Shown here: positions 59,366 through 64,000 of the stretch, one piece after another | Numbering within the stretch: the stretch's first letter is position 1 | How the letters are laid out: every line of letters starts with the position of its first letter | NCBI GenBank assembly: GCA_965223345.1 | Contig: CBDCWG010000012.1 | Span: 1,216,001 to 1,280,000 of the forward strand | Reading direction: 5' to 3' | From: Nitrospinales bacterium | Lineage (GTDB): Bacteria > Nitrospinota > Nitrospinia > Nitrospinales > VA-1 | DNA length: 64,000 nucleotides | Program-made: the position numbers and the translations under genes | Notes under the pieces: model-generated | Database searches by the model: none | Seen by the model: only the letters and a program-made list of their open reading frames with translations | Told to the model about the DNA's origin: nothing

Positions 59366-61120
59366 TCAGGCCGTTTCTTCTGTGGAGAGGCGGGCGTCCA
59401 GCAGGCGCAGCTCCACCTTGTCGCGGCCGCTCCAGGCGTTGGTCGCCAGTTCGTACACCAGATCCACCCGGTCCTCCTCGACGTTGATCGCTTCGAACGC
59501 CTCCGCCAGGTTGAATCCCACCGCATCGATCCCGGCCTTGTCCTGGATGGCTTTGAAACGGATGTGCGACTCGTCCTTCCCCATGAAGCGGAAATCGCGG
59601 ATGCGCACGTTGCGGGAAAGAAACAGCGGCACCGGGTTCTGCGCGCCAAAGGGTTCCAGCGCGTGGATCTTCTTGAACAGTTGGGTGTCGATGTCGGCCA
59701 ACGGCAGCTCGCTGTCGATCTCGATCTCCTGAATCAGATCGTCCGCAGCGAGAAAACGCTGGCCGATGGCGTTGAGCGTCTGGCGAAAGGCGTCGATGTT
59801 TTCTTCTTTGATCGTGAGCCCCGCGGCGTACGCGTGGCCGCCGAATTGCAGGAAATGCTCGGCGCATTCACAGAACGCCTTGTACAGGTTGAATTTGGGA
59901 ATGCTGCGGCCGGAGCCCTTGCCGACACCATCGGCGAGTGCGATCAGCACGGTGGGGCGGTAGTGCTTTTCCACCAGGCGCGAGGCGACGATGCCGATCA
60001 CTCCGGGATGGAAGTTCTCGGAAGCGAGCACCAGCACGCGGTCGTTGTCCAGATCCACTTCCCGCTCGATCAGGTATTCCGCTTCCTCCAGCGCCCAGCC
60101 CTGTATCTCCTTGCGCTCGGTGTTGATGGCGTCCACTTTTTTCGCGATGTCTTTCGCCGCATTGAGATCGTTGGCGGTCAGCAGGTGCAGGCCCGCGTCG
60201 GCCTTGCCGAGCCGGCCGGCGGCGTTGAGCCTCGGCCCCAGCGCGAACCCCACGCTGCGCGAATCGACGCGGCCGTTCACGCCGGCGACATCTTTGAGAG
60301 CCACCAGCCCCGGTTTGGTGGTGGCGGCCATCATTTCCAGACCGTGTGAAGAGAGGATGTGGTTTTCTCCGGTCAGCGGTGCCACATCGGCGATGGTCCC
60401 GAGGACGAAAAGGTCGAGGTGGCGCTTGAGATTGGGCAGCGCCTCTTTCTTCCAGCCGCGCCGGTGCAGGGCCGAGCGGATGGCGGTGGCAAGCTTGAAG
60501 ACGATGCCGACGCCGCTGAGGAAGCGGAACGGGTACTGGCAGTCGGGCCGGTGCGGGTTCAGCACCGCGACCGCCGGCGGCAGGCCTTCGGGACCCACCT
60601 GGTGGTGGTCGGAGACGATCACGTCCAGCCCGATGGCGTTGGCGGTCTGCACTTCCTTGACGCCGGTGATGCCGCAGTCGGCGGTGATCATCAGCGTGCA
60701 TCCCTCGTCGCGTATTTTGCGCACCGCCTGTTCGTTCAATCCGTAACCTTCTTCCATGCGGTCCGGCAGGTAATAGTTCACCGCCACGCCCAGGTCGCGG
60801 AAAAAATGCGTCAGAAACGCGGCGGAGGTGACGCCGTCCACGTCGTAATCGCAAAACACGCGGATCTGTTCGCCGCTCTCGATGGCGGCCACCACGCGCT
60901 CCACCGCCGCCTGCATGCCGGTCATCAGGAACGGATCGTGCAGGCGGGTCAGGTCGCGGGCGACGAAATCGTTGCCTTCTTCGGGGGTTTTGATGTCGCG
61001 GTTGACCAGCAGTTGCGCGATGAGTGGAGACACGTTCAACGTCTGCGCCAGTGCGTCCACCGCATCGGGGCAGGCGGGAGCGAGGCGCCATTTTTTATTC
61101 TGAACGGAAAGCGTTTTCAT
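59366..61120 (-). CDS. recJ: Single-stranded DNA exonuclease RecJ
   Basis: DYDVDG, EGYGL, DCG, SDHH, GTIADV, PRLNAAGR, GGHAYAAG. Confidence 0.97.
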   Translation of the reverse strand: MKTLSVQNKKWRLAPACPDAVDALAQTLNVSPLIAQLLVNRDIKTPEEGNDFVARDLTRLHDPFLMTGMQAAVERVVAAIESGEQIRVFCDYDVDGVTSAAFLTHFFRDLGVAVNYYLPDRMEEGYGLNEQAVRKIRDEGCTLMITADCGITGVKEVQTANAIGLDVIVSDHHQVGPEGLPPAVAVLNPHRPDCQYPFRFLSGVGIVFKLATAIRSALHRRGWKKEALPNLKRHLDLFVLGTIADVAPLTGENHILSSHGLEMMAATTKPGLVALKDVAGVNGRVDSRSVGFALGPRLNAAGRLGKADAGLHLLTANDLNAAKDIAKKVDAINTERKEIQGWALEEAEYLIEREVDLDNDRVLVLASENFHPGVIGIVASRLVEKHYRPTVLIALADGVGKGSGRSIPKFNLYKAFCECAEHFLQFGGHAYAAGLTIKEENIDAFRQTLNAIGQRFLAADDLIQEIEIDSELPLADIDTQLFKKIHALEPFGAQNPVPLFLSRNVRIRDFRFMGKDESHIRFKAIQDKAGIDAVGFNLAEAFEAINVEEDRVDLVYELATNAWSGRDKVELRLLDARLSTEETA

Positions 61121-61177
61121 GAATGTATGCGGATCGGAAGAGGGTGAAAAAATCGTGAAAACCCGTTTGACAACGCT

Positions 61178-61825
61178 TCACAGCGGCCGCTCGCCTGTGC
61201 TCGCCGCCGGGGCTTCGATGAATTCCCGGACGCCCTTGAACGATTTGCGGTGAATGGGGCAGGGGCCGTGACGGCGGATGCTTTCCCGGTGCGCGCGGGT
61301 GCCATAGCCTTTGTGCTTATCGAACGCGTACTGCGGATAGGTTGCGTGATGATCGGTCATGATGCGGTCGCGCGTCACCTTTGCGAGCACCGATGCGGCG
61401 GCGATGGACAGGCTTTGCGCGTCGCCGCGCACGATGGGCCACTGGTCCGACGGGTGATCGATGCGGCGGTTGCCGTCGATGAGTAGCAGATCCGGACGCA
61501 GCGGCAGTTTTTCCACGGCGATCCGCATGGCGAGCAGCGAGGCCTGCAGGATGTTGATGGCGTCGATGGTTTCTTCGCCGACGATGCCGATCCCGTATCC
61601 CAGCGCGCACTGCCGGATGCGCGGGAAAAAGTCCTCGCGCGCGGCTTCGGACAGTTGCTTGCTGTCGGTCAGGCCGTTAAGGGAAACCTTGGCGGGAAGC
61701 ACCACGGCGGCGGCGACGACGGGGCCGGCCAGCGGGCCGCGCCCGGCTTCGTCCACACCGCTGATCGAGCGGAAGCCCTTCTGCTCCGCCTGAATTTCGA
61801 AAGACAGCATGCCGGTACCAGTCAT
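61178..61825 (-). CDS. rnhB: Ribonuclease HII
   Basis: GVDEAGRGPLAGPV, DSK, IAAASVLAKVTRD, HKGYGT; start may instead be 61810. Confidence 0.96.
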   Translation of the reverse strand: MTGTGMLSFEIQAEQKGFRSISGVDEAGRGPLAGPVVAAAVVLPAKVSLNGLTDSKQLSEAAREDFFPRIRQCALGYGIGIVGEETIDAINILQASLLAMRIAVEKLPLRPDLLLIDGNRRIDHPSDQWPIVRGDAQSLSIAAASVLAKVTRDRIMTDHHATYPQYAFDKHKGYGTRAHRESIRRHGPCPIHRKSFKGVREFIEAPAASTGERPL

Positions 61826-62128
61826 GCGCTCTTTTAAGGAAAATGAAACGGGATGCGGGAAGACCGGCGAAGATACGGAACGAAAACGGTTGCCGGTCCG
61901 GATTGTGTCTCCTGAAAACAGATGATAGGACATCGTTTGGAGGCAGGCAACTCAAAAATTTTTACAGACGGTGATTTCCGGTTTGCGGACGCAGGCGCGT
62001 AGCGGATTGAATTCACTCGCCTTGGTTTTTTGCAAAAGTTTTACAAATTCAATTATTTTGCGGTAAGCTAGGGACAATCCCGAGTAAAACGTTCCATTTT
62101 TTGAATCTAACAGATCGATACCACGCTT

Positions 62129-62959
62129 ATGCAAACTTCAAAAAAAATCATCCTCGTCATCTTCGTCGCGCTGATCGCGGCGTGCGTCACCACACCGGTT
62201 TCGGAAAAGTCGGCCTTCATCATCATTCCTGAATCTCAGGAAATCACGATGGGATTGCAGGCGTTCAATGAGGTCAAGCAAAAGGAAAAGGAATCGCAGA
62301 ATCCGCGCCTGGTCAATATCGTGCAGCGGGTTGGCTCGCGCATCGCAGCGGTTTCCGACATGCCGGATCTGGAGTGGGAATACAAGCTGTTCGAATCGGA
62401 ACAGCAGAACGCGTTCGCTCTGCCCGGTGGCAAAACCGCGGTGTACACCGGGTTGCTGCCGGTCTGTCAGAACGAAGCCGGTCTGGCGGCGGTGATGGGG
62501 CATGAGGTGGCGCACGTGATCGCCCGCCACGGGGCGCAGCGGATCTCGAGCCAGCTGGTGGTGACCACGGGGCTTTCGGTGGCGGCGATCAGCCTGGCGA
62601 ACAAGGATTCGCGCGCGCTGATCCTGGGTGGCCTGGGACTCGGTGCGCTGTACGGCATCACGCTGCCGTTTGGCCGAAGCAACGAGTCGGAAGCGGACCA
62701 CATCGGTCTCATCTACATGGCGCGGGCAGGGTACGATCCGAGGGAAGCGGAGCGGTTCTGGGGGCGCTTCAGCAACGCCAAGCAGGGGAAAAAGGTTCCC
62801 GAATTACTCTCAACGCATCCCTCGGACGAGACGCGCATCGCCAACATCCAGAAGCTGCTGCCGCGGGCGATGGCGGAATACGAAGCCGCCCGGGAAAAAC
62901 TCGGTCTGGGTGAAGCGTTTTATGGAACCGGCGGTCTGGCGCCCAAAGCCTCAGGCTGA
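62129..62959 (+). CDS. M48 family metallopeptidase lipoprotein
   Basis: Lipobox IAAC, NAFALPGG, HEVAH, ESEAD, STHP. Confidence 0.93.
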   Translation: MQTSKKIILVIFVALIAACVTTPVSEKSAFIIIPESQEITMGLQAFNEVKQKEKESQNPRLVNIVQRVGSRIAAVSDMPDLEWEYKLFESEQQNAFALPGGKTAVYTGLLPVCQNEAGLAAVMGHEVAHVIARHGAQRISSQLVVTTGLSVAAISLANKDSRALILGGLGLGALYGITLPFGRSNESEADHIGLIYMARAGYDPREAERFWGRFSNAKQGKKVPELLSTHPSDETRIANIQKLLPRAMAEYEAAREKLGLGEAFYGTGGLAPKASG

Positions 62960-63022
62960 CCGGATGCTCAAAAAGGGTAGGGTGTGCGGAAAAAATGTGT
63001 GAGCAGGGTTTTTCCGTTTTGT

Positions 63023-63056
63023 GCGAAAAAGCCCGCGCTCAGGCGGATTTTTTCGC
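63023..63056. terminator. Imperfect hairpin between the convergent M48 peptidase and rplS genes
   Basis: GCGAAAAAGCCCGC...GCGGATTTTTTCGC. Confidence 0.4.
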
Positions 63057-63443
63057 GGCGCTCTTTTTCTTACGGCCCTTGCCCGAACCGGGTTTGCGGG
63101 TGGGCTTGATTTCCTTGAGCCGTGCGGCTTTGCCGCGCAGGTTTCTCAGGTAATACAGTTTCGAGCGGCGCACCCGGGCGCGTTTGACGACTTCGATCTT
63201 TTCCACGCGCGGGGAATGGATCGGGAAAATCCGTTCCACGCCGACGCCGAAGGAAATTTTCCGCACCGTGATGGTTTTGCGCACGCCGCCGCCGTGCATG
63301 CGGATCAGCACGCCTTCGATCACCTGGATACGTTCTTTCTCGCCTTCCACGATGCGCATGTGCACCTTGACGGTGTCGCCGATGTGGACGTCCGCCACTT
63401 CCTTCTTCAGTTCACCCGTTTCAATCTGGTCGATCAGGTTCAT
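63039..63443 (-). CDS. rplS: 50S ribosomal protein L19
   Basis: [36 protein letters not shown]. Confidence 0.97.
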   Translation of the reverse strand: MNLIDQIETGELKKEVADVHIGDTVKVHMRIVEGEKERIQVIEGVLIRMHGGGVRKTITVRKISFGVGVERIFPIHSPRVEKIEVVKRARVRRSKLYYLRNLRGKAARLKEIKPTRKPGSGKGRKKKSAAKKSA

Positions 63444-63512
63444 CACTTCTCCTCTTTCTCGCTCTCGATGTTCATTTTTTTACCGTTTTATACCGCAGTT
63501 TGATTCGAATTC

Positions 63513-63998
63513 CTAGCGTTTGCCGGCCAGCCGGTCGAGAATGATGGCGATGGCCCCCCGGACCGGCAGATGATTGTAGCTCCCGGCGCCCTCGATGGGG
63601 GCGAGAACGTGGTCAGCGTTGTCGATGATGCTCTTTTCCAGGCCCCAGCCGGTGCCGAACACCAGCAGGTGCGGTTCCCCCTGCTCCAGCGACGCCCGCA
63701 GCGTCTTATAATCCACGCTGCCGGGAAACTGCCGCGCGTCGGTGACGACGGTTTTCGGCTTGGCGCCGCAACGGCTTTCGACGTCCTGCACCACATCGGC
63801 CAGCGAACGCTCGATGCGGGTCTCCATCAGCGCCTCTTTGCGCGTCGGGTTGTACTCGGCGCCGTAGCCCTTCACCCAGTGGGCGACCATGCGTTCGACC
63901 AGCTCCTGCTGGGTCTTTAGCGGCGTGACGACGTAAAACGACCGCACCCCGTAGGTTCTGCCGATGCGGGAAATGTCGTGCACATCCAGCGTGGTGAT
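63513..63998 (-). CDS. SPOUT-family RNA methyltransferase (5' end outside the window)
   Basis: ITTLDVHDISR, LLVFGTGWGL, YNHLPVR; upstream of rplS, as in trmD neighbourhoods. Confidence 0.85.
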   Translation of the reverse strand: MTTLDVHDISRIGRTYGVRSFYVVTPLKTQQELVERMVAHWVKGYGAEYNPTRKEALMETRIERSLADVVQDVESRCGAKPKTVVTDARQFPGSVDYKTLRASLEQGEPHLLVFGTGWGLEKSIIDNADHVLAPIEGAGSYNHLPVRGAIAIILDRLAGKR

Positions 63999-64000
63999 GG

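Overview
Gene-dense, GC-rich bacterial chromosome segment from a diderm organism. Gene content and style suggest Nitrospinota/Nitrospina or a related lineage, but this is an unverified inference. About 60 CDS are supported. Housekeeping genes include pntB, priA, maf, ettA, efp, tolQRAB-pal, radA, ispD, mutY, queE, ychF, recJ, rnhB and rplS. No tRNA, rRNA, CRISPR array or transposase was recognised. The most notable feature is a co-oriented ~6.4 kb redox cluster at 19.1-25.5 kb. It encodes an exported DUF1264 protein, a monoheme cytochrome c, a CstB-like persulfide dioxygenase/rhodanese fusion, a Cyc2-type fused cytochrome-porin, and four tandem paralogous monoheme cytochromes that each carry two extra conserved Cys. 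Other oddities: an elongated Tol-Pal system (very long acidic Pal linker; a Gln-heptad coiled-coil protein in the cpoB position), an EF-P with Asn at the tip, a Tat-lipoprotein MsrP with no adjacent msrQ, an internally duplicated 1381-aa membrane protein, and three sigma54-type promoters. Start codons were chosen by eye and all family calls come from motif recognition, not database searches.
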